A stretch of 64,000 nucleotides of DNA from contig NC_043006.1 of assembly GCF_006345805.1 (NCBI RefSeq), positions 40,176,001-40,240,000 on the forward strand, read 5' to 3'. Source of the DNA: Octopus sinensis (lineage: Eukaryota). The position numbers and the translations under genes are program-made. Under the pieces are notes generated by a model. The model searched no databases and was not told the DNA's origin. It saw only the letters and a list, made by a program, of their open reading frames with translations. Shown one piece after another: positions 1 through 10,742 of this stretch (its first letter is position 1; the number at the start of each line of letters is the position of its first letter).

Positions 1-40
1 CCTCAGATTTCACTGTCCTCAGATTGACACCCAAACACTC

Positions 41-140
41 NNNNNNNNNNNNNNNNNNNNNNNNNNNNNNNNNNNNNNNNNNNNNNNNNNNNNNNNNNNN
101 NNNNNNNNNNNNNNNNNNNNNNNNNNNNNNNNNNNNNNNN
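41..140. other. Assembly gap (100 N)
   Basis: Run of 100 n; the X-containing ORFs spanning it are artefacts. Confidence 0.99.
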
Positions 141-593
141 CGAATATACATATATATACATACATACGCACATATATATACATACAAACAAAACACATAC
201 ATATATACACATATACATACACACACACACACACACACATATATTATATATATATATATATACATACATATACATATACATATCCATACATGCACCTACA
301 TACACGCACACACATGCACATATATATATATACATATATATATTGACCACCAAAAAGCAATTGTCTTCTAATTTACCTAAAACCCCATCCCATATATCTG
401 ATTCTATTCAATTATTCTATTTATTCATTTATTTTATTTTCTCACTGATTCTTCTCATTTCAAAAAACTCTCTGGCCTTTTGACCACTCCCCTAAGAACA
501 ATAGCTTGTGCCCTGTTTATCTTCTGAATACCAACTTACTCAAAAAACGTCCCCCACCACCACCCCATTAAATCTGCCTAAATGTATAAATAC

Positions 594-668
594 CAGACCT
601 TATTTTGACAGCCAGCTTCCTGAAGATTTCATCTGAATGAAACAGTTCTAGTCCTGTAGAAGCTCCTT
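594..668 (-). CDS. Candidate internal coding exon, 75 nt, phase 1-1 (xGASTGLELFHSDEIFRKLAVKIRS); weak resemblance to the first helix of SCP2 sterol-binding domains
   Basis: Strong acceptor tttttattttatAG|AAGGAGC, donor TCTG|GTATTT, open frame, length divisible by 3, non-repetitive sequence. The SCP2 resemblance (SDEIFRKLAVKI vs SDEVFAKIAKRL-type motifs) is from memory only. Confidence 0.35.
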
Positions 669-783
669 CTATAAAATAAAAAAAAAAAAATATATATATA
701 TATATAGGGAGAGAGATAGAGATAAATAGATAGATAGAGAGACAAACAGACACACAGACACACAGATAGACAGACAGATATGT

Positions 784-1165
784 TCTTGTATTCTTTTACT
801 CGTTTCAGCTATTTGACTACGGTCAAGCTGGAGCACTGTCTTTCGTCGAACAATTCGACCCGAGAACTTATTCTTTGTAAGCTTAGTGCTTATTCTATCA
901 GTCTCTTTTGCCAAACTGCTAGGTTACAGGGACGTAAACACACCAATATCGGTTGTCAAGCGATGGTGGGGGTACAAACACAAACACACAAATACACATA
1001 CACATATATATACGATGAGCTTCTTTCAGTTTCTGTCCACCAAATCGACTGGTCAGCTTGAGGCTATACTAGAAGACACTTGCCAAAGTTGCCATGTAGG
1101 AAGACTATACCTGGAACTCACATAGTTGGGAAGCAAGCTTCTTACCACCCAACCACTCCTGTGCC
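784..1165 (-). mobile_element. tRNA-derived SINE family A (about 400 bp, internal (TA)n(TG)n)
   Basis: Reverse complement of the family A consensus: A/B-box-like head, CORE-like ccttgggcaag segment, gtaaaagag tail. Confidence 0.85.
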
Positions 1166-1304
1166 TCTCTCTCTCTAAATGTATATATATAATCTATATA
1201 TATATATATGTATATATAATATATATATATATATAATGTGTGTGTGTATATATATGTATATATATACATATGTGTGTGTATATATATATATGTGTGTGTG
1301 TGTG

Positions 1305-1336
<32 letters not shown>

Positions 1337-1358
1337 GGTATTATATATCATATATGTG

Positions 1359-1413
<55 letters not shown>

Positions 1414-1483
1414 ACACACACACACATATATACATACCACACATATATATATCAATGTATATATTATATATATTTTACATATA

Positions 1484-1896
1484 GGCGTAGGAGTGGCTGT
1501 GTGGTAAGTAGCTTGGTTATGAACCACATGGTTCTGGGTTCAGTCCGACTGTGTGGCACCTTGGGCAAGTATCTTCTACTATAGCCTCAGGCTGACCAAA
1601 GCCTTGTGAGTGGATTTGATAGACGGGAATGAAAGAAGCCCATTATATATATGTATATATATATATGTGTGTGTGTGTGTGTATGTTTGTGTGTCCATGT
1701 TTGTCCCCGCCAACATCGTTTGACAACCGATGCTGGTGTGGTTACGTCCCTGTAACTTAGTGGTCCGGCAAAAGAGACTGATAGAATAAGTACTAGGCTT
1801 ACAAAGAATAAGTCCTGGGGTCGATTTGCTTGACTAAAGGCAGTGCTCCAGCATGGCCACAGTCAAATGACTGAAACAAGTAAAAGAGTAAAAGAG
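1484..1896 (+). mobile_element. SINE family A, full length, partly CpG-decayed
   Basis: ggcgtaggagtggctgtgtggtaag...ggttcagtcc...ccttgggcaag...(TA)(TG)...gtaaaagag; more than 20 related copies in the window. Confidence 0.88.
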
Positions 1897-1907
1897 TGTA
1901 TATATTT

Positions 1908-1945
<38 letters not shown>

Positions 1946-1999
1946 TTACATATATATATACATATATATACATACACACACATATACATAAAGAAGTAG

Positions 2000-2170
2000 A
2001 TGTAGTGACTGCTAAACATCGACAGAATCGTGGAAAGAGGGCGACGCAGGAAGATGTGGGAAGTAGTGAAGTTTGACCTCTAGATGTTAAACCTCATGAT
2101 GAAGCTGACAAAGGACCATAATGAATGGCAATGTGTTGTGCTTCAGAAGACTCGTCCATCGCAGTAAAAC
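2000..2170 (+). mobile_element. RTE-clade LINE 3' fragment, decayed
   Basis: Translates to GRGRRRKMWEVVKFDL*MLNL...TKDHNEWQCVVLQKTR, resembling the RTE ORF C-terminus (GRPRKTW...DR..WR). Confidence 0.55.
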
Positions 2171-2394
2171 CTGAGGCCCTGCCAATCATTCCCTTCAATG
2201 TCTCATCTCCTTCACTACTGTAAATGGTACCAGTTATACCTTTTACACTTCACACTCTATCCTATTTACGGTCTTTTATTACCTCCTCCTCCTTTCTCAT
2301 TCTGACTCCTCCTCCTTTCTCTCCCTGACTCCTCCTCCTTCTTGACTCTGATTTCCTTCACTCATCCCTCACCCCCACCCCCACCACTGTCACA

Positions 2395-2695
2395 GATGGA
2401 GAGTAGGATGTTGAAGGGGATGATGAAGATGATGACAATGATGATGATGGTCATAGCGTTGATGATGACAATGATGATGAGGATGATAATGATGACGACA
2501 GTGATGATGATGACAATCATGATGATATTGGTAATGATGGCGATGATGATGATGGTGATAACAATGACGATAATGATGATGACAACTGTTGTGATGCTGA
2601 TAATGGAAATGATGATGATGCTGATGGTGATGACAATGATGATAATTATGATGATGATGATGATGATGATGATGATAATGATGAAGGCAATGACA

Positions 2696-2736
<41 letters not shown>

Positions 2737-2765
2737 GATGACGATGATGACGAGGGTGATGATGT
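2395..2765 (+). repeat. Degenerate (ATG/GAT)n trinucleotide tract
   Basis: Directly visible; source of the poly-M and poly-H ORFs. Confidence 0.95.
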
Positions 2766-3256
2766 TGATATTTGAGTCTCCTATTCCTTAACTGACAAAT
2801 CACAATACATTGAAACAATGCTACAATTTTTCTTTCTCATTCAGTTTTTATGGAGACATTTTTGTTTTCATTTCATTATGCACGTTCATCATTTTTTATT
2901 TCACACAAAAACTCATTAATTTCACCAGTTTAATGTGATTGAAAGTTACCAGTCATGCAATGCTTGCTTGCTGCCCGGCCAGTGCAGCAATGATCAGAAT
3001 GGTATACATACCATGTGGAGACACGTGGCTTAGTGGTAAAGGTGTTGGACTCACGATTGTAAGATTGTGGTTTCGATTCTTGGACTCGGTGGTGCATTGT
3101 GAGTGAAGGTAAAGCATGTGCACACCATCCACCAGATGAAAGTGAAACATCTGGTATTTTAAGCTTTTTGAAAATAGGGAGGTGATGGGTGGATGATGTG
3201 GGCAAAGGGAATTTGAGTGTTTCTTTAAGAAAAATTAAAATTAAAAAAAAAAAATA

Positions 3257-3660
3257 GGTGCAGGAGCTGCTGTGTGGTAAGTAGTTTGCTTACCAACCAC
3301 ATGATTCCAGGTTCAGTCCCACTTCGTGCCACCTTGAGCAAATGTCTTCTACTATAGCCTTGGGCCGACCAAAGCCTTGTGAATGGATTTATAGACGGAA
3401 ACTGAAAGAAGCCCGTCGTATATATGTGTATATATATGTGTGTGTGTGTGTGTATTTATGTTTGTGTGCTGTGTTTGTTCTCACCAACATTGCTTGACAA
3501 CCGATGCTGGTATGTTTATGTCCCCGTAACTTAGCGATTCGATAAAAACCACTGATAGAATAAGTGCTGTCCTGGGGTCAATTTGCTTGACTAAAAAGGT
3601 GGTGCTCCAGCATGGCCACAGTCCAATGACTGAAACAAGTAATAGAAAAGAGTAAAGATA
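3257..3660 (+). mobile_element. SINE family A
   Basis: Same head, core, microsatellite and tail as 1484-1896. Confidence 0.85.
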
Positions 3661-4521
3661 GATTTGTAATTTCTGTATTTTTATGCATCAATTAAAAAAG
3701 AAAATTTGAGAAAAAAGTTATAAATTAAGAAATTGTGGAGCAGGGATGGAATTAAAATTTGAAAACATGATTTTGGGGCAAAATTGTATTTTCCTATATC
3801 AAAGTCATAGAAATCTACAAAAATTTTGGAAAAAAATTTTTAAATCATTAGAAATGGTTGGTGTGCATGCACTTTACCTTTGCTATGTTATATTCTTGAG
3901 CAAGTCAATTCATTTCATATCACTCCAGTCCACTTAGCTATCAAAAATGTGTGACCCTGTGATGGACTGACATCCCATCCAGGAGGGGAATATACATTCC
4001 TTGGAAACCAGGAGACTGGCCCTTATGGGTTGGCATGATTCGAGAAGGTAGCCTTTACCTTTCCATTTTATGCATACCGTGGTGATGGTGTTGTTTTTAT
4101 AACCAAAAACAGAAGATTCTTCAAAATAGAATTGTTCAATTTAAGTTGCAAGAATTTTTTAACTCCAGCTGGGGCAGATTTATTTCTTACTTTTTTTCTA
4201 TTCTGCTGATGTCAGAGAGAGCTGATATCTTATATGGTGGTAGCTGACTTGGGATTGTGCAGCATGGCCTAATTCCTCCTTGTCATCGTCATCGTCATCT
4301 TCATGATCGTCGTCGTCATCATTGTCGTCGTCGTCATCATCACCATCATCATCAGAGCTGTGGCCATGCTGGGGGCACTGCCATTGATATAAATTTTCTT
4401 GCTTGAGCACGAAGCCACAAATCCATTTAGTTGAATCAATTACAAGATAATATATAAACTTCTCCAACTGGTTTACATTATTTACATTTGGCAGATATTT
4501 GTCCTCATCTTGTTTGTTGTT

Positions 4522-4567
4522 AACACAACATTTTGCCTGATATACCCTCCAGCCTTCATCAGGTGTC
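4522..4567 (-). ncRNA. Minimal type I hammerhead motif, family A, decayed (GAAAC changed to AAAAT)
   Basis: GACAC CTGATGA A GGCTG gagggtatat CAGGC AAAATGTT GTGTT; both core changes are CpG-type transitions. Confidence 0.6.
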
Positions 4568-4652
4568 TTGGGGAAATTTCGAACCTGGGTTCTCATTCCT
4601 AAGGTATTTTTTGATGTTATTATTGTTCTTCTTCTTCTTCTTCTTCTTCTTC

Positions 4653-4697
<45 letters not shown>

Positions 4698-4772
4698 TCA
4701 CTGCTTGGAATGGTAGTCATTAAGAGCGCCAGCTACTAACCCCAAGATTCTGAGTTCGATTCCAGGTAGTGA

Positions 4773-4807
<35 letters not shown>

Positions 4808-4815
4808 TAATAATA

Positions 4816-4858
<43 letters not shown>

Positions 4859-4943
4859 CGATGATGATGACGAAGACGACGATGACGACGACGACATTGA
4901 AAAATACCTCACTAATGAGAAACCTGGTTCAAAATTTCCCCAA

Positions 4944-4989
4944 GATGCTTGATGAAGGCTGGAGGGTATATCAGTCGAGACGTTGTATT
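4944..4989 (+). ncRNA. Minimal hammerhead motif, family A, decayed
   Basis: gatgc TTGATGA a ggctg gagggtatat cagtc GAGA CGTT gtatt. Confidence 0.5.
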
Positions 4990-5170
4990 GACATCAAACT
5001 AGATGAGGACAATTATCCGTCAATTATAGATAATGTAAATAATGTACATAATTCCTAATATCTTAAATAAAGAACTGTATTCTCCAACTGGGGTAATCAT
5101 ATTTTCCCTACTGCAAGACACCTGTACCTGTCCCTCTATCATCTTTTATCTTTCATCATGTGGCATAAAG

Positions 5171-5651
5171 CAGTGCTATTCAAAGTGGTGGTCTTTGGAC
5201 TGGTGTCGGTCTACGAGCCATCAGCTGCCTGTTATGCAGTTCATTTCCAGAAAAGAAACAAACATTATAAAATGCTTATAAAATGCTTATGTAATAATGT
5301 ATTATTTGTTTACAAAATGAATATAAGATAAAAACAAAAAGTCAACTTTTATTACATTCATTATATATATCTCACCTTTATTATATTCATTATATATATA
5401 TCTCACCTACATGAAAACTGAAGGACACAGAATGCTTGTGTTGCGTAGCCAACTAGAAATGGTGTTTCTTGGGGCTAAATAACAGTAATATTCTTCCCTT
5501 TCCTGGGACTGCCACATTAAGTTGGCAACAAGCCATCACATTATATGTATCATTTCCGGTATAAATTAATATTACTAAGAAATATTACCAGTCCCTGGCA
5601 CATTGGAAAAAAACTGCAGGTATGTCACATCAGATAGTTTGAAAAGCACTG
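5171..5651. mobile_element. hAT (Charlie-like) non-autonomous element, old
   Basis: Terminal inverted repeats cagtgctattcaaa / tttgaaaagcactg; 8-bp flanks gcataaag and gcctaagg match at 6 of 8 positions. Confidence 0.6.
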
Positions 5652-6511
5652 GCCTAAGGTACCTCCTTCAGTATTATGCACTCATTAGTTGAGATGGCTT
5701 GTCTTGTGAGTTTCCTTGTAACCTCACTGGTACTGGTGCCATGTAAAAAGCACCCTACATACTCAGTAAATTGGTTGGCCTTTGGAAGCGAATACAGCCA
5801 TAGAAATTGTGTCAAAGCAGAAAATTTGGGGGATGGGGCCAGTCAATTAGATCGACCCCTGTACACACCTGGTACTTAATTTATCGACCCTGAAGGGATG
5901 AAAGGCAAAGTTGAACTCGGTGGAATTTTTAACTATGAACCTAAGGACAGACGAAACATCACTAAGCATTTCGACTGGCATGCTAACATTTCTGCCAGCT
6001 CACCACCTTTGATGTATATAGATATTATAAAGCATTTTGTTTGATAGTTAAACTTTTCTGCTACTTCATTGCTTCAATGTTTCTTACAATATTGATCACT
6101 TAGCTGAGAAACATCAGATACTACCAACTATCTTACATCAACTCTTGTATTCATAAGAAGCTGGCAACTGATTGGCCCAGTCAGTTGCCACTCACTATTA
6201 AATGTCTGATGAATATATTTTAACGAGACTCATAAATCAGAAATGCTTCAGAAATTATTTATCTAACAACACTAGTTTGTTGTAGACATTGCGTTAATAT
6301 ATTTAACACCCATTATAACACAAATAAACGAGATAGAAAATGTTTCTTTTTTATGAGATCCATAATGGATAATTTTGGGTAGTAAATTAGTCGACTCGTT
6401 TAGAGTAGGAGATAAAATGCATTGGAGTTATTGTCAAAGCTCTTCACTTTCTGAGTTCAATCTCATTTGTTATACTTGTGGGGCTGATAAAACATGCTAC
6501 AGTCAAATACT

Positions 6512-7445
6512 AGGGTCAATATAATGTCTTGGAATAACTATTTGAGCTCTTCACTTCTGGGTTCAAATCTTACCACATTCACCCTTACCTGTCATCCTTG
6601 TGGGGCCACAAGTACCAGGGTCAATATAATGTCTTGGAATAACTATTTGAGCTCTTCACTTCTGGGTTCAAATCTTACCACATTCACCCTTACCCGTCAT
6701 CCTTGTGGGCCCACAAGTAATAGGGTCAATATAATGTCTTGGAATAACTATTTGAGCTCTTCACTTCTGGGTTCAAATCTTACCACATCCACCCTTACCT
6801 GTCATCCTTGTGGGGCCACAAGTAATAGGGTCAATATGTCTTGGAATACCTATTTGAGCTCTTCACTTCAGGGTTCAAATCTTACAACTTACACTCTTAC
6901 CTGTTATCCTTGTGGGGCCACAAGTATTAGGGTCAATATAATGTCTTGGAATAACTATTTGAGCTCTTCATTTCTGGGTTCAAATCTTACCACATTCACC
7001 CTTACCTGTCATCTTTGTGGGGCCACAAGTAATAGGGTCAATATAATGTCTTGGAATAACTATTTGAGCTCTTCACTTCTGGGTTCAAATCTTACCACAT
7101 TCACCCTTACCTGTCATCCTTGTGGGGCCACAAGTAATAGGGTCAATATAATGTCTTGGAATATCTATTTGAGCTCTTCACTTCTGGGTTCAAATCTTAC
7201 CACATTCACCCTTACCTGTCATCCTTGTGGGGCCACAAGTAATAGGGTCATATAATGTCTTGGAATATCTATTTGAGCTCTTCACTTCTGGGTTCAAATC
7301 TTACCACATTCACCCTTACCTGTCATCCTTGTGGGGCCACAAGTAATAGGGTCAATATAATGTCGTGGAATAACTATTTGAGCTCTTCATTTCTGGGTTC
7401 AAATCTTACCACATACACCCTTACCTTTCATCTTTGTGGGGCCAA
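6512..7445 (+). repeat. Minisatellite, 9 units of 105 bp, derived from a degenerate SINE family B
   Basis: Units start at 6512, 6617, 6722, 6827, 6929, 7034, 7139, 7244, 7348. The unit contains ctgggttcaaatc...catccttgtggggcc, resembling the SINE B segment gagttcaaattcc...catcctttcggggtc. Confidence 0.92.
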
Positions 7446-8862
7446 TAAAGCAAAATACTGTCAACTACTAGGGTCAATGTCAGAGTTTGTTCTTTCCCCA
7501 CAAATTTCAGGTTTTATGTCTCAGTAAGAAATCACCATTTTGGATAAATTTAATTTTCTTAATAGCTTATAATCCGTTTTTCTATTTGATTTTCAAGATT
7601 CTTAATGTGAACTTGTGTGTTGAAATAAGTTTTGTTGTATTTTGGGAGGGTCATTTTATTAAAATAAGCATAAGCACTGGTTGTATTTCACTTCTGTTAT
7701 TATTATTAGTTAATTGATTAACCATTTCACCAATTAACTAATCAGTTGTCTGATTAACTGTTTGGCCAATCAGTCAATTAGCTAGGCTTGTCAAAGTCCT
7801 TTCATCACCAGTTACAACCTTATCAAAGGCATGCTTCCTCTATTCCAGGTCTGCTAATGATTAATCAAACAATCTATTAATTTAATTGGATAAATGGCCA
7901 ACCAATTGACTAATGATAATGATAAAAGAAGTGAAACACAACCAGTGCATGTGTTCAGTATTGGCATAATGACCGTCCCAAGATACAACAAAATCTACAG
8001 CCATTTTTGTGAAACACTTTTGCATTAATGAAGACCATGCACTTGGTTTTGTATCAGATACATTCCAAAGTATAGGTATGTGAAGAAGACAACTGAACTA
8101 ACAGGTGCCAACTGTTTCAACTCTGAAAATAAGTTGAGTGAAGTGGTTGAACTGGGAACTGAAATCTCATTATAGACATGGCTTTCTGCCAACACTCTGT
8201 AATGCAGATAGAAATATTTTTTTATGGTACTACCTATAAGTCATAAATGCTGCAGTAAAATTTTGTTTCATCTCCTACATTTACGAGATATGGATGTATG
8301 AAATGTGCATGTCATAAATGTTATGGATAAATATTATTTAAATTTGTTTTGTGACATCTCTTAGTCATAAATATTTGATATCTAATGAACATCGAATTTA
8401 TGGGGCGATCATAAAACCGCTTAGATGAGACTCGCCGTTATGGGTTACAGTTGTTTACCTTTACTAACCTGAATATAAAAACCGATGAGATCTCATATAA
8501 GTCAGGGTTTTATAAATGTTTAGTGAAGTGGGACATTGCCGCAGAACTTTGCAGGCTCTGATGACATCGATAAACACGATATTAATAAAGAGATCTGTCT
8601 GAATGTCTGTAGGCAAACATTTGTCAAGAAAACAAAACAAAAAAAAAAAAACAGAAAGTGCACAGGGGAGAAGAGATTTCAACAGGTGCCGGCGTGGCTG
8701 TGTGGTATGAAGTTTGCTTCCCAGCCACATGGTTCCAGGTTCAGTCCCACTGTGTGATACCTTGAACAAGTGTTTTTTGCTATATCCTTGGGCTGACCAA
8801 AATCTTGTGAGTGGATCTGGTAGACAGAAACTGAAAGAATCCCATCATGTGTGTGTGTGTGC

Positions 8863-8902
<40 letters not shown>

Positions 8903-8984
8903 ATAAGGGTAGAAATTGATATTAATCAATTAAAACCAGTGCCCTAGCATTTTTTTAAAAAATCCGAAGATTGCAAATTTTTTT

Positions 8985-9193
8985 ACATACAAAATTTAGA
9001 GGACTGACCACTAAAAATGGACAGCCTATATGTTAGATATAGACGTCAAATCGCCATTTTCCATGAAAACCTTTGGGTTTTTTGCTGAGTATTTTCTTGA
9101 GAACACATTCTTCATGGGAAATGGCGATTTGACAGCTATATCTAGCATATAGGCTGTCCACTTTTAGTGGTCAGTCCTCTAAATTTTGTATGT
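8985..9193. mobile_element. Foldback MITE with arms of about 83 bp
   Basis: acatacaaaatttagaggactgaccact...ccatgaa and its near-exact reverse complement; 43-nt spacer. Confidence 0.8.
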
Positions 9194-9373
9194 GAAAAAA
9201 TTTTTATATATATATATATATATATTATATATATTATATATATTTTGGCCTGTTCGCTTAACCAGCGGGGTGGTGTCTTTCGAATGCTAAAACAATGCGA
9301 ACGCATTGTGATCAGTGATGTGTAGCAACAACTGAGGGTCTGGTCGGTCACGTGATCATATGATATATATATA

Positions 9374-9621
9374 TTGGGTTGGTGCATAATTATTGTGGCT
9401 TTTTTTCAACAAATTTTATTCAACAAAAACAATAGCAAAATGTACCAAAAACATCTTTAAATGATTATTCCGGAGCATATTCACCATCTACTTCAATTAC
9501 TGTTTCACATTTGCTTGGCAGACGGTCAGACTGTAATTTAAAGATGTTTTTGTTAAATATTGTTATTGGTTTTGTTGAATAAAATTTGAAAAAAAGCCGC
9601 ATAAATTATGCACCAACTCAA
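9374..9621 (-). mobile_element. Mariner-derived MITE with TA target-site duplication
   Basis: TIRs ttgggttggtgcataattattg / ttatgcaccaactcaa flanked by TA, similar to Hsmar1-type TIRs. Internal remnant RLPSKCETVIEVDGEYAPE* resembles the mariner transposase C-terminus. Confidence 0.85.
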
Positions 9622-10742
9622 TATATATTTATATATTCTTTTATTTGTTTCAGTCATTTGACTGCAGCCATGCTGGAGTACTGCCTTTAGTTGAGCAAAT
9701 TGACCCCAGTACTTATTCTTTGTAAGCCTAGTACATATTCTATTGGTCTCTTTTGCTGAACCACTAAGTTACAGGGATGTGAACACACCAATATCAGTTG
9801 TCAAGTGATGGTGGGGGAGAAACACAGACACATGAACACACACACACACACACACACACGACAGGCTTCTTTCAGTTTCCCTCTACTAGATCCATTCACA
9901 ACGCTTTGGTCAGCTCGAGGCTATAGTAGAAGATACTTGATGAAGATGTCACAGTGGGATTGAACCTGGAACCATGTGGTTGGTAAGCAAGCTACTTGCC
10001 ACATACCCACTTCTGTGTGTATATATATATATATATATTTGTGTATGTGTGTACATGTGTGTGTGTGTTCTTTGTGACTGTGTTAGTTCTCCCATTAGCA
10101 CTTGACAAATAGTGTTGTTTTGTTTATGTCCCTATAACTTAGCAGTTTGGCAAAAGACACTGATTGAATAAGTACCAGGCTAAGAAAAAGGAAAAGCACT
10201 GGGGTCAATTCGTCTGATTAAAAACTCTTCAAGCTGGTGCTCTAGCCTGGCCACAGTCTAATGACTGAAACAAGTAAGTGATAAAACGTAAAAAGTAAAA
10301 GGCCATAGGGTTGAGATTCTAAATTGAAAAGACAAAATATAAATGGTTTGTGCATGGTCAGTTGATATCAGGGAATGAAGTAGTACAGGTAACGAGAGGA
10401 AGAGAGACAGGTGGGTTGGGTTGGGTTGGGTTGGGTTTACCTGGGTGAATATAGCAATTAACTAGTTAACTCAGAGGAGCAGAAGCTATGATAGTTGTGA
10501 TAGAAAAGGAAGAGGAAGATGACAGCACACTACATATTTACCAAAGAGACCTTTGGAGATAGGCCTCACCGAGGCAATGACAAGTGAGCGAGACCTTTGG
10601 AAATATGCTATGCTGAGACTGTAACTGTGGCCCATGCCAGTGCAGCATAACCAGCCCATTTAAGAGAACCCTTCAATCTTTGGGCAATAAACTGCACTTG
10701 CGAAGACCTGTTGAGGCAAGTCAAATCATTGTGTGTAAGATA

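Larger units (their letters stand above)
4472..5079. mobile_element. Head-to-head inverted pair of a tRNA-head/(TAA)n/hammerhead-tail retroelement, flanked by a 12-bp direct repeat
   Basis: ttctccaactgg at 4460-4471 and 5080-5091. The left copy (-) and right copy (+) share the tail gaatgagaacccaggtt...ctgatgaaggctggagggtatatcagccgaaacgtt; tRNA-like B box gagttcgattcc near 4751-4762. Confidence 0.8.

Noticed and set aside
3-2818. Long Y/I/C/V, H/T and poly-M/poly-H ORFs here and throughout (e.g. 24815-25383, 30294-30912, 55064-55484)
   Set aside because: They are translations of (TA)n, (TG)n, (CA)n and (ATG)n microsatellites that lack stops by composition.
4700-4775. tRNA genes at SINE heads (also 22300-22380, 61471-61549 and all family A/B heads)
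   Set aside because: Acceptor and T stems do not close into a cloverleaf, and each head continues into a repeat body.
6494-7527. 253-aa and 90-aa repeat ORFs as a real protein, or the array as a CRISPR-like locus
   Set aside because: Units are SINE-derived, contiguous without unique spacers, and frameshifted in unit 8; there is no splice or codon support.
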